Assembly: GCA_903831865.1 (NCBI GenBank)
Contig: CAIKZH010000156.1
Coordinates: forward strand, 867 to 64,866
Direction: 5' to 3'
Source: an uncultured Coriobacteriia bacterium
GTDB lineage: Bacteria > Actinomycetota > Coriobacteriia > Anaerosomatales > PALSA-660
DNA length: 64,000 nucleotides
The notes beneath the pieces were generated by a model that was not told the DNA's origin, did not search any database, and saw only the letters and a list, made by a program, of their open reading frames with translations. Positions 54,271-62,051 of the stretch are shown here, one piece after another. Numbering within the stretch: the first letter of the stretch is position 1; each line of letters opens with the position of its first letter. The position numbers were made by a program, and so were the translations under genes.

Positions 54271-56148
54271 ATGAGCGCTGTCGTGCCCAGAAGGGGACGC
54301 GGATCCGTGAGAGCAGAAGAACCTAAGCGCGACTGCGGGACGCCCGGGCAGGTAGAGCGCCCCGTGCAAGACTCACCTGCTCTCCAGGCGTGCGACCTCG
54401 CCCTTGCCGAACAGGCCAAGCGGCTCCAGGCCATCGTGGACAACGCGCCCTTCGGCGCGCACACGTATCGGCTGGACGCCGGTGATCGACTCGTGTTCAT
54501 CGGCTACAACCGCAAGGCCGAGGAGCTGCTCGGCTTCGACCACGGCCCTCTGCTGGGCAGGACGCTTGAAGAGGCGTTCCCGGGCAACGCCGGGACCGAG
54601 ACGGCAAGAGCCTACAAGCGTGTGGCCCGCGAGGGCGGCACGTGGGAGACGGACGAGTACGCGTACGACGCTGAAGGCATATCCGGCGTCTTCGAAGTGC
54701 GGGCGTTCTCCATCGGCGAGGCGCGCATGACGGTGTTCTTCCGTGACATCACCGAGAGGCGCAAGCTTGAGATCGAAGCGCGAGAGAATCGCGAGCTTCT
54801 CCGCGCGACTGTGGAGCAGGCGGCGGCCGGCATCGCGCGAGTGAGTCTTGACGGCACGTGGCTCGACGCCAACGACTGCCTGTGCCAGATGCTCGGCTAC
54901 ACCGTGGAAGAGCTACGGGAGATGCGCTTCCTGGACGTCACTCACCCGGCGGACTCCGGCGACGACGCCGATGCGCTCAAGGGGCTGGCGAGCGGCGAGA
55001 TCGATGCGCACCAGGTGGAGAAGCGCTACCTCACCAAGGACGGCCGGACCATCTGGGTGGATGTCGCGGTCACTCTGGCGCGCGATCCCGACGGCAGGCC
55101 GGCCTACATCGTCACGGTCGCCCGGGACATCACCGCGCAGAAGACCGCCTCACTCGCGCTGCAGGAGAGCGAGCGCACGTATCACGACCTGTTCAACAAC
55201 ACCGAGACGGCCATGTTCCGCTCAAGGCTGGACGGGTCGGAGACGCTGAACGTGAACGACAAGTTCCTCGAGCTCGTCGGCCTCACGCGCGACGAGGTCG
55301 TCGGCAAGCCCTCCGCGAACTACTGGGCCGATCCGCGCCAGCGCGAGGAGATGGTCCGGCTGCTGACGCGCGACGGGCGCGTCGTCGACTTCGAGTACAA
55401 GATGCTCAACAAGGCGGGCGAGGTGCGTGACTGCATCACGTCACTCAACCTCTACGCCGACCGGGGCGTGCTGGACGGCTCCATCCTGGACATCACGGAG
55501 CGCAAGCAGGCGGAGCGCGGACTACTCGAGGCCAACGCGCGGCTCGAAGGCGTGCTCAAGAGCGTCGTGACCACGATGGGCAAAGTGGTCGAGAGTCGCG
55601 ATCCCTACACCCAGGGTCACGAGGTGGGCGTCGCCCGGATCGCACGAGCCATCGCTGGAGAGCTCGGCATGTCGGCGGCGGACATCAACGGGATCGAGGT
55701 CGCGGCGCTCGTGCACGACCTGGGCAAGCTCCGGGTGCCCGCCGAGGTCCTCACCAAGCCGGGCAAGTTGTCCCCGCTCGAGTTCGAGCTCATGAAGGAG
55801 CACCCGCGGACCGGATACGAGATCCTGAAGGGTGTCGACTTCGGGTGGCCCGTCGCGGAGGCGGTGCTCCAGCACCACGAGCGCATGGACGGCTCCGGCT
55901 ACCCGAGAGGGCTCGCCGGCGACGAGGTCTCTATGGCTGCGCGCGTTCTGGGCGTGGCGGATGTCATCGAAGCCATGGCGTCGCACCGTCCGTACCGGCC
56001 GGCCCTGGGCCTCGCGGCTGCTATCGAGGAGATCACCGGCGACCCGGGCAAGTACGACGCCGATGTGTCCGCCGCCTGCGTGCGACTCTATGAACAGGGC
56101 CGGATCGAGGTAGAGAACGGCGCCGGAGCCGACCCGACAGCCGCGTGA
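54271..56148 (+). CDS. Triple-PAS + HD-GYP c-di-GMP phosphodiesterase
   Basis: Three PAS-like modules. HD-GYP core HDLGKL...HHERMDGSGYPRGL. Confidence 0.85.
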   Translation: MSAVVPRRGRGSVRAEEPKRDCGTPGQVERPVQDSPALQACDLALAEQAKRLQAIVDNAPFGAHTYRLDAGDRLVFIGYNRKAEELLGFDHGPLLGRTLEEAFPGNAGTETARAYKRVAREGGTWETDEYAYDAEGISGVFEVRAFSIGEARMTVFFRDITERRKLEIEARENRELLRATVEQAAAGIARVSLDGTWLDANDCLCQMLGYTVEELREMRFLDVTHPADSGDDADALKGLASGEIDAHQVEKRYLTKDGRTIWVDVAVTLARDPDGRPAYIVTVARDITAQKTASLALQESERTYHDLFNNTETAMFRSRLDGSETLNVNDKFLELVGLTRDEVVGKPSANYWADPRQREEMVRLLTRDGRVVDFEYKMLNKAGEVRDCITSLNLYADRGVLDGSILDITERKQAERGLLEANARLEGVLKSVVTTMGKVVESRDPYTQGHEVGVARIARAIAGELGMSAADINGIEVAALVHDLGKLRVPAEVLTKPGKLSPLEFELMKEHPRTGYEILKGVDFGWPVAEAVLQHHERMDGSGYPRGLAGDEVSMAARVLGVADVIEAMASHRPYRPALGLAAAIEEITGDPGKYDADVSAACVRLYEQGRIEVENGAGADPTAA

Positions 56149-56927
56149 GTCCCGCCCGACGGCACAACCGTTGCTCCCTCACTGGGATGCGAATCCATCG
56201 GATATCCGGTCTCATGGCGTACTGCTATCTCATCGAGACCGCGGGGGCACTGTTCCTGGTGGACGGGGGCATGGCGGGCACGGGGCGCAAGATCCTGAAC
56301 CGCATCGCGCGGATCGGTCGCAAGCCCGAGGATCTGGTCTTCACTGTGATCACGCACGCGCATGCCGACCACTTCGGCGGACTCGCCGAGGTGCAGGAGG
56401 CCAGCGGCTGCGACATCCTGTGCCACCCCTCCCACGCGCAGACCGTTCGGACAGGCGGCGCCATCGTGTCTCCCGGGCTCAACGCATACGGCAAGATCTA
56501 CGAGCGCATCGCCAGGTTCACACTGCCGTCCTTCAAGCTGCCGAAGCTGAAGCGCGTCCGCGCGCTCGAGGACGGCGCCGAGCTGCACGACCTGGGGTTG
56601 GACGGCCACATCCTGTTCACGCCGGGGCACAGCACCGGTGACGTGACGCTGGTGCTGGACGAGGGCGCGGCATTCGTCGGCGACCTCGTGCAGGGTCGGC
56701 GCATCCCCAGGATCACCCCGCCCGAGTTCTCGATCATGGCGGTGGACGAGCCGGCGATGTTCGCGAGCTGGAGAGTGCTTCTGGGATCCGGAGCCAAGGT
56801 GCTCTACCCGGGACACGGCAAGATCATGAAGATCGAGGAGATCCTGCCGGTGTTCCTGCGCGCCGCCGCCCGCAAGGCACGCATCGCGCGCCGCCTCGTG
56901 GCCGCGCCGGCGCCCTCGCACGGGTAG
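56145..56927 (+). CDS. MBL-fold metallo-hydrolase
   Basis: VITHAHADHFGG (HxHxDH). GTG 56145 overlaps the upstream stop. ATG 56187 (MRIHRISG...) is an alternative start. Confidence 0.8.
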   Translation: MSPARRHNRCSLTGMRIHRISGLMAYCYLIETAGALFLVDGGMAGTGRKILNRIARIGRKPEDLVFTVITHAHADHFGGLAEVQEASGCDILCHPSHAQTVRTGGAIVSPGLNAYGKIYERIARFTLPSFKLPKLKRVRALEDGAELHDLGLDGHILFTPGHSTGDVTLVLDEGAAFVGDLVQGRRIPRITPPEFSIMAVDEPAMFASWRVLLGSGAKVLYPGHGKIMKIEEILPVFLRAAARKARIARRLVAAPAPSHG

Positions 56928-56955
56928 GCGCCGCGCGCCCGCTCGATCGCTCGCT

Positions 56956-57606
56956 TCACCCTCGCGGCTCGTCGCACATCGGGCTCACGCCCCGCGACGA
57001 GAACCGCCGTGCGCTGACCCGTGCCTGCACGATCCACATGTTCGCGGCGACGGCGGTCATGAAGACGAGGAGCTGCCAGTCCGCGTGAGCGATGGTCAGC
57101 ATGACCAGGAGCACCGGCAGCATGACCAGCGGCGACGTGCTCGCCCACCGCGTCGCGATCCACGTGATCGCGATGATCGCCACAAGCACGGCGATCTGCG
57201 CCGTGGAGAGCCATCCGCGGGAGAGCGCCACGGCGATCCCGTAGAGCAGCAGTCCCGCCGACGCCGCCATGCCCTGGCCGCCGCCCCGGAACCCGAGGAA
57301 CACCGGGAACCGGCGGCCGACAAGCGCCGCGACGCCGGCCAGGTACGCAGGACCGTCAGCGAGCCCGAGCAGCCTCGCGATCTGGATGGCGACGACGCCC
57401 ACGAAGACGTCGTAGACCGCGGTGATCAGGCCGCGCGGCCAGCCCAGTGCCTTGACCGCGTTCACCGTGCCGGGATTGCCGTCGCCCACACGCCGGATGT
57501 CGATGCCGCTCCTGCGCGCCAGCAGGTCCGCCGGGATCACGGACCCGAGCAGGAAGCCGATCAGCAGGGCCACCGCGGCCCGCAGTATCTCGCCCGTCGC
57601 GGCCAC
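56956..57606 (-). CDS. plsY: Glycerol-3-phosphate acyltransferase PlsY-like
   Basis: GDGNPGTVN (cf. GSGN.GATN) and FLGFRGGGQG (cf. F.GFKGGKG). Multi-pass. GTG 57606 overlaps the upstream stop by 1 nt (TAGTG). ATG 57639 is an alternative. Confidence 0.7.
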   Translation of the reverse strand: MAATGEILRAAVALLIGFLLGSVIPADLLARRSGIDIRRVGDGNPGTVNAVKALGWPRGLITAVYDVFVGVVAIQIARLLGLADGPAYLAGVAALVGRRFPVFLGFRGGGQGMAASAGLLLYGIAVALSRGWLSTAQIAVLVAIIAITWIATRWASTSPLVMLPVLLVMLTIAHADWQLLVFMTAVAANMWIVQARVSARRFSSRGVSPMCDEPRG

Positions 57607-58790
57607 TACTTCGCCTTGCCTGCGCTGTCGGCGGGACATTCCTCGGGCGCGGCGGCGAAACCGTCGGGCACGCGGACGCGACGGCCCTTCCACAGGACGC
57701 CGGGGCCGAACCCGGTGCTCAGCATCGAGGCGTTGAGGATGAGGATCAGGTTCAGGAACACGAGCGGGTAGAGCACGAAGGCCACAAGGGGCATGTTCCG
57801 GTCCCACACCAGGACCGCCCACTGCACCGCGAAGAGGACGACCGAGAAGGCGATGGGGCCCGCCGGGACGCCGAAGCGGAGGCCCGGCACGATCAGGGAC
57901 GAGGCCGGCCACACGATGACGCCCGAAGCCAGCACCGTGAGCGCGATGACCGTCACGGGCCTGCCGCCCACGGCGCTGTAGATGGGCCGCTCGATCCCCT
58001 CGAAGGCGTCGCGGTAGCCGCGGTACATGCGGCAGCTGGCGGCCTTCTTCGCATCCAGGAAGACGTTGCGGTAGCCGAGCTCCTTCATGCGGCTCGCCAT
58101 CGACATGTCCTCCACCATGGAGTCCTTGATCGCCTCCAGCCCGCCGATGCCGTCGAACGCCTCTCGGCGGACCACGACGTACTGCCCGATCGCGAACGAG
58201 TGCCGCGGGTTCCTTGTGCGCGGAAGAAGGTAGAGCGGCACCATCAGCATCATCGCGTAGAGCACCGGGACGATGACGCGGTCGCCCAGCGCGGTGTAGT
58301 CCTGGGTGAGGTAGCCGGAGAGGATGTCGGCGCGGCTGTCGCGAAGGTTGGTGACCGCCCACGAGAGACTCTCCGGCTCGTGGACCGTGTCCGCATCCGT
58401 GAAGAGCAGCACCTCGCCCCGAGCGACGGCAGCGCCCTGCGACAGCGCGTGCGGCTTGCCAAGCCAGCCGTCAGGCAGCGTCCCCGCCGGGACGAGTCGC
58501 AGCCGCGATTCACCCGCCTGCAGCGCGGTCACGATCTTCGCCGTGGCGTCCGTCGAGCCGTCGTCCACGACGATGACCTCGTAGTCCGCGTAGTCCTGCT
58601 TCAGCAGCGAGCCCACGCAGCCGGCGATGGAGTCCTCCTCGTTGCGCGCCGGCACGATGACGGAGACGAACGGGCCACCCTTCACACGCGGTGTGCTGGT
58701 GCTTCGTCTGAAGTAGAGCGTGTTGGACAGCGCCGTGACAAAGAACCAGCCGTTGACAGCCAGCAGCGCGAACAGGAAGACGGACTGCAT
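57606..58790 (-). CDS. Family 2 glycosyltransferase, membrane-bound
   Basis: ORF 57606..59021 trimmed to ATG 58790, which overlaps the upstream stop (TGATG). VSVIVPARNEE...VIVVDDGSTD...FTDADT. C-terminal TM helices. Confidence 0.8.
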   Translation of the reverse strand: MQSVFLFALLAVNGWFFVTALSNTLYFRRSTSTPRVKGGPFVSVIVPARNEEDSIAGCVGSLLKQDYADYEVIVVDDGSTDATAKIVTALQAGESRLRLVPAGTLPDGWLGKPHALSQGAAVARGEVLLFTDADTVHEPESLSWAVTNLRDSRADILSGYLTQDYTALGDRVIVPVLYAMMLMVPLYLLPRTRNPRHSFAIGQYVVVRREAFDGIGGLEAIKDSMVEDMSMASRMKELGYRNVFLDAKKAASCRMYRGYRDAFEGIERPIYSAVGGRPVTVIALTVLASGVIVWPASSLIVPGLRFGVPAGPIAFSVVLFAVQWAVLVWDRNMPLVAFVLYPLVFLNLILILNASMLSTGFGPGVLWKGRRVRVPDGFAAAPEECPADSAGKAK

Positions 58791-59197
58791 CACTTGTAGC
58801 CGGCCGGCCACTGCTGCAGCGTCCACAGGTTGCCGTCGGGGTCCGAGAACCACGCGTAGAGGACGCCGCCGAGGTCCTGGACCTCGGCGATATCGATCCC
58901 CCGCTTCACGAGCGCACCGCGTGCCTCGTCCATGTTCTCCACAACCAAGTGCAGACCTTTGACCGAGCCGGGGACCATCTCGTTGATGGGCCCCATGCCG
59001 GTCCCGAACACGATGGCGCACGACGAGCCGGGCGGCGTGAACTGGACCACTCGCATCGTATCGCTCATCTGATTGTCGTGGAGGTTGCCGAACCCGACCT
59101 GCTCGTAGAACACCTTGGCGCGCTCGACGTCCGTCACAGGGATGGGAACGAGTTCGAGTCTCATATCGGGCACGGGGATCGAGGTCCAGTCGGGCAT
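58790..59197 (-). CDS. VOC (glyoxalase/bleomycin-resistance) family protein
   Basis: ORF 58790..59305 trimmed to ATG 59197 (GGAGG upstream). IPVTDVERAKVFYE.VGF...DPDGN.W. Confidence 0.8.
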   Translation of the reverse strand: MPDWTSIPVPDMRLELVPIPVTDVERAKVFYEQVGFGNLHDNQMSDTMRVVQFTPPGSSCAIVFGTGMGPINEMVPGSVKGLHLVVENMDEARGALVKRGIDIAEVQDLGGVLYAWFSDPDGNLWTLQQWPAGYK

Positions 59198-59277
59198 CGG
59201 GGTGCCTCCTTCAGGAGTGTCGCAACGCTGCTCAGGGTTCGTACCCGCGACGGCGGGCGAGCGGCCGGGGCGCAACG

Positions 59278-61659
59278 GTGGGCGCGGCGACCCAGCGGGT
59301 ATCATGCGATGACCGGCTTGGAGCTGCCCACCACCTGAATCGCCGGAGGCTCACGATCCGCGCTCTTCGACTCCATATCGCGGCGATCACGCTCCTCCTA
59401 GGCGTCGCCCTCGCGCTGCCGGCTGCGGCATCGGTGCGCGCCGCCTCCAACGGCGACTTCTTCGAGGACAACGCATCGGGGCAGGCCGTCTACGAGGACA
59501 TGGTCATCCACCCGGAGGCCGTGCGCGTGGGCTCCGAGGTCTTCGCGGTCTACCAGGGGCTCGGCCTCGCACCGTACATCGCGGTGTTCCACGACGGGGG
59601 CGGCATCGACGGCCCGTACCGCATCGGCGTCAACCCGCTCGCGCAGGGCAAGGACATGGACGACTCGCACGGCGCGCCCGCCATCCTGGTGGACACGAAG
59701 CGCGGCGTCATCCACGTCTTCTACGGCGCGCACGGCACCACGCTCATGCACGCCACCGCGAAGGTCTCGAGTCCGTCGAGGTGGAGCGTCACTGCGATGC
59801 CGCTGGGACCGGTCACGTATCCGCAGGTGTTCACGGACGCGTCCGGGACCGCGCACATCTTCTATCGCAAGCACGCTCCCACGGCGAGCGACCCGGACAA
59901 CCTCGCCTGGTGGCACGCCGTGTCCTCGGACGGCGGAGCGATGTGGAGAGGCGCGAAGCAGGTGCTGCTGGTCTCCTCGGGTCGGAGCTGGTACGTGCAC
60001 TTCACGCAGGGGGCGGACCTGCGCATCCACATGATCGCCACCACGGCCAGCCAGAGCGGCACGCCGCTGGCCCGCAGCCTCGTCTACTACGCGTGGTTGG
60101 ATCCGGCGGTGGGCCGCTGGCGGGACGCGAAGGGGACGGCGGTGGGCACGGCGGGCAAGCCGCTGGTGCTGGCGGACCTCGCGTCGACCTCCACCGCGTG
60201 CGCGATCCCGCTGGGAGGCGACGCCAACCAGAACGGCGTGACCGCTTCCGACGACGGCTCCGGGACGGCCGGGCTGCTCTACGTGAGCGGCGGTCAGGCG
60301 GGCCCGGACGCGCTGCGCTGGACGTTCGCGCACTGGAACGGCTCGCAGTGGGCCACCAGCACCATCGCCTCCACGGACTTCCTGATGGACAGCGGCACGC
60401 TGGAGCACTGGCAGGGCGGCATCGACGCCTACCTCACGGTGGGAGGCGCGCCCAGCTACGTCTCCCAGGACCCGTACGCCTTCCGAGGCGGGGACATCGT
60501 CGACTACCGCTCCACCGACGGCGGCGCAAGCTGGGCGAAGGTGGCGACCATCGCGACCGCCCAGCCGGACAGTGCGCTCATGTACAACGACCCCCAGATC
60601 GTCGAGGCGCACACGAGCGGCGGGCCACGGCTGCTGTTCTCAGAGTGGGACAACGATGCAGGCGCGGTGGGCCACAAGGTCTACATGTGGGGCCCCGACG
60701 GGTTCCGCGGCCGTGACTTCCAGACGGGCGTGAGCCGGATGGCCGGCACAACCCGCTACGACACCGCCGTGGCGATATCGAAGATGGCCTTCCCGAACGG
60801 ATCGGACACGGCAGTGGTGGCCTCGGGAGACTCCTGGGCCGACGCGCTAGCGGCCGGGCCGCTTGCCGAGGCCTACCACGCGCCCCTGCTCCTGGTGCCG
60901 AAGAACGGGGCCACCAGCGCAATGCTCTCCGAGCTCCGGCGACTCAAGGTGCGCACCGTCATCGTGGTGGGAGGCCCCGGCTCGGTGCCGAACAGGACGA
61001 CGTCCGGGCTCGATGTGGCTTGGGTCACCAAGGTCCGCCGCATCTCCGGCTCCGACAGATACGGGACCGCCGCCGCCGTGGCCGCCGCGGTGAAGGCGGA
61101 GAGCGGCCGGCGGGGTCTGGCCTTCGTCGCCTCCGGCGAGAGCTTCGCCGACGGCCTGTGCGCCTCCACGCTGGCCGCCAGCTGCGGCGCGCCGGTGTTG
61201 CTCGCGCGTCGAGACTCGGTCCCGCCGGCAACGCTCAAGGCGCTCGCGTCGCTGGGAGTCACCGCGACGATCGCCACGGGCGGCCCCGCGACCATCAGCG
61301 ACACCACGCTCGGCGAGCTTCCGTCACCCACCCGTGTCAGCGGCGCCGATCGCTACGCCGTGGCCGCGAATGTGGCCGCGCTGGGGCTGGAGGGCACGGC
61401 CGGCGTGCCGCCGACGCTTCGGCCGGACCGCATGATCGTGGCCTCGGGCGACTCCTGGACCGACGCCCTGCTGGGAGCCTCGCTTGGCGCGAGACTGCGC
61501 GCGCCCCTGCTGCTGACGAAGGGCAACCGGCTACCCGGGGCCACGAGCGACATCCTCAAGGCGAATGCCGCGCAGGTGCTGAACTGCTACGTCATCGGCG
61601 GCAGCGGGACCGTGAACGCCGCGACCGCGAGGGCGATCGCGGGAGCGTTCGGGGGGTAG
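59278..61659 (+). CDS. Secreted BNR/sialidase-like beta-propeller protein with three C-terminal CWB2 cell-wall-binding repeats
   Basis: Signal peptide. BNR motifs SSDGGAMW and STDGGASW. Three repeats of (D)RY.TA.A......(V/M)(V/I)ASG(D/E)S(W/F)(A/T)D(A/G)L......APLLL. Start codon uncertain. Confidence 0.8.
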   Translation: MGAATQRVSCDDRLGAAHHLNRRRLTIRALRLHIAAITLLLGVALALPAAASVRAASNGDFFEDNASGQAVYEDMVIHPEAVRVGSEVFAVYQGLGLAPYIAVFHDGGGIDGPYRIGVNPLAQGKDMDDSHGAPAILVDTKRGVIHVFYGAHGTTLMHATAKVSSPSRWSVTAMPLGPVTYPQVFTDASGTAHIFYRKHAPTASDPDNLAWWHAVSSDGGAMWRGAKQVLLVSSGRSWYVHFTQGADLRIHMIATTASQSGTPLARSLVYYAWLDPAVGRWRDAKGTAVGTAGKPLVLADLASTSTACAIPLGGDANQNGVTASDDGSGTAGLLYVSGGQAGPDALRWTFAHWNGSQWATSTIASTDFLMDSGTLEHWQGGIDAYLTVGGAPSYVSQDPYAFRGGDIVDYRSTDGGASWAKVATIATAQPDSALMYNDPQIVEAHTSGGPRLLFSEWDNDAGAVGHKVYMWGPDGFRGRDFQTGVSRMAGTTRYDTAVAISKMAFPNGSDTAVVASGDSWADALAAGPLAEAYHAPLLLVPKNGATSAMLSELRRLKVRTVIVVGGPGSVPNRTTSGLDVAWVTKVRRISGSDRYGTAAAVAAAVKAESGRRGLAFVASGESFADGLCASTLAASCGAPVLLARRDSVPPATLKALASLGVTATIATGGPATISDTTLGELPSPTRVSGADRYAVAANVAALGLEGTAGVPPTLRPDRMIVASGDSWTDALLGASLGARLRAPLLLTKGNRLPGATSDILKANAAQVLNCYVIGGSGTVNAATARAIAGAFGG

Positions 61660-61668
61660 AGGGGGCGA

Positions 61669-61687
61669 GACCGGCCGGGGTCCGGTT
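61669..61687 (+). terminator. Small hairpin between convergent genes
   Basis: GACCGG[CCGGGGT]CCGGTT followed by CGTATTGT. Confidence 0.35.
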
Positions 61688-61703
61688 CGTATTGTCCTAG
61701 CGC

Positions 61704-62048
61704 CTACGCAAGCCTGTCGTACTTCTCCCGACTCCCCGTGACCTTCTCAGCCGGGTATTTCGCATCGTTCTCGGCGAGCTTAGCGGCGATGGCCGCCTCG
61801 AGATCGATCCCGACCTCGTGCGCCATCAGCAGGGTGTAGATCGCGATGTCGGCCAGCTCGCGCTCGAGATCCTCGCGCCGGGACTCAACGTCTTCACTCA
61901 GCGTCGCGTCACTGCTCCATTGGAACAGTTCGAGCAGTTCCGCAGCCTCGATGCTGATCGACGCCGCGAGATTGCGTGGGGAGTGGAACTGCTTCCAGTC
62001 CCGCCGATCTCGGAAGGCGACGATACGGTCGGTCACGTCCTCGAGCAT
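61704..62048 (-). CDS. MazG-like nucleotide pyrophosphohydrolase (DCTPP1-type, single domain)
   Basis: 114 aa. F...RDW.QFH.P.NLA..I.IEAAELLE.FQW...ELADI..Y.L is the family pattern. Starts 4 nt after the upstream stop. Confidence 0.8.
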   Translation of the reverse strand: MLEDVTDRIVAFRDRRDWKQFHSPRNLAASISIEAAELLELFQWSSDATLSEDVESRREDLERELADIAIYTLLMAHEVGIDLEAAIAAKLAENDAKYPAEKVTGSREKYDRLA

Positions 62049-62051
62049 GGG

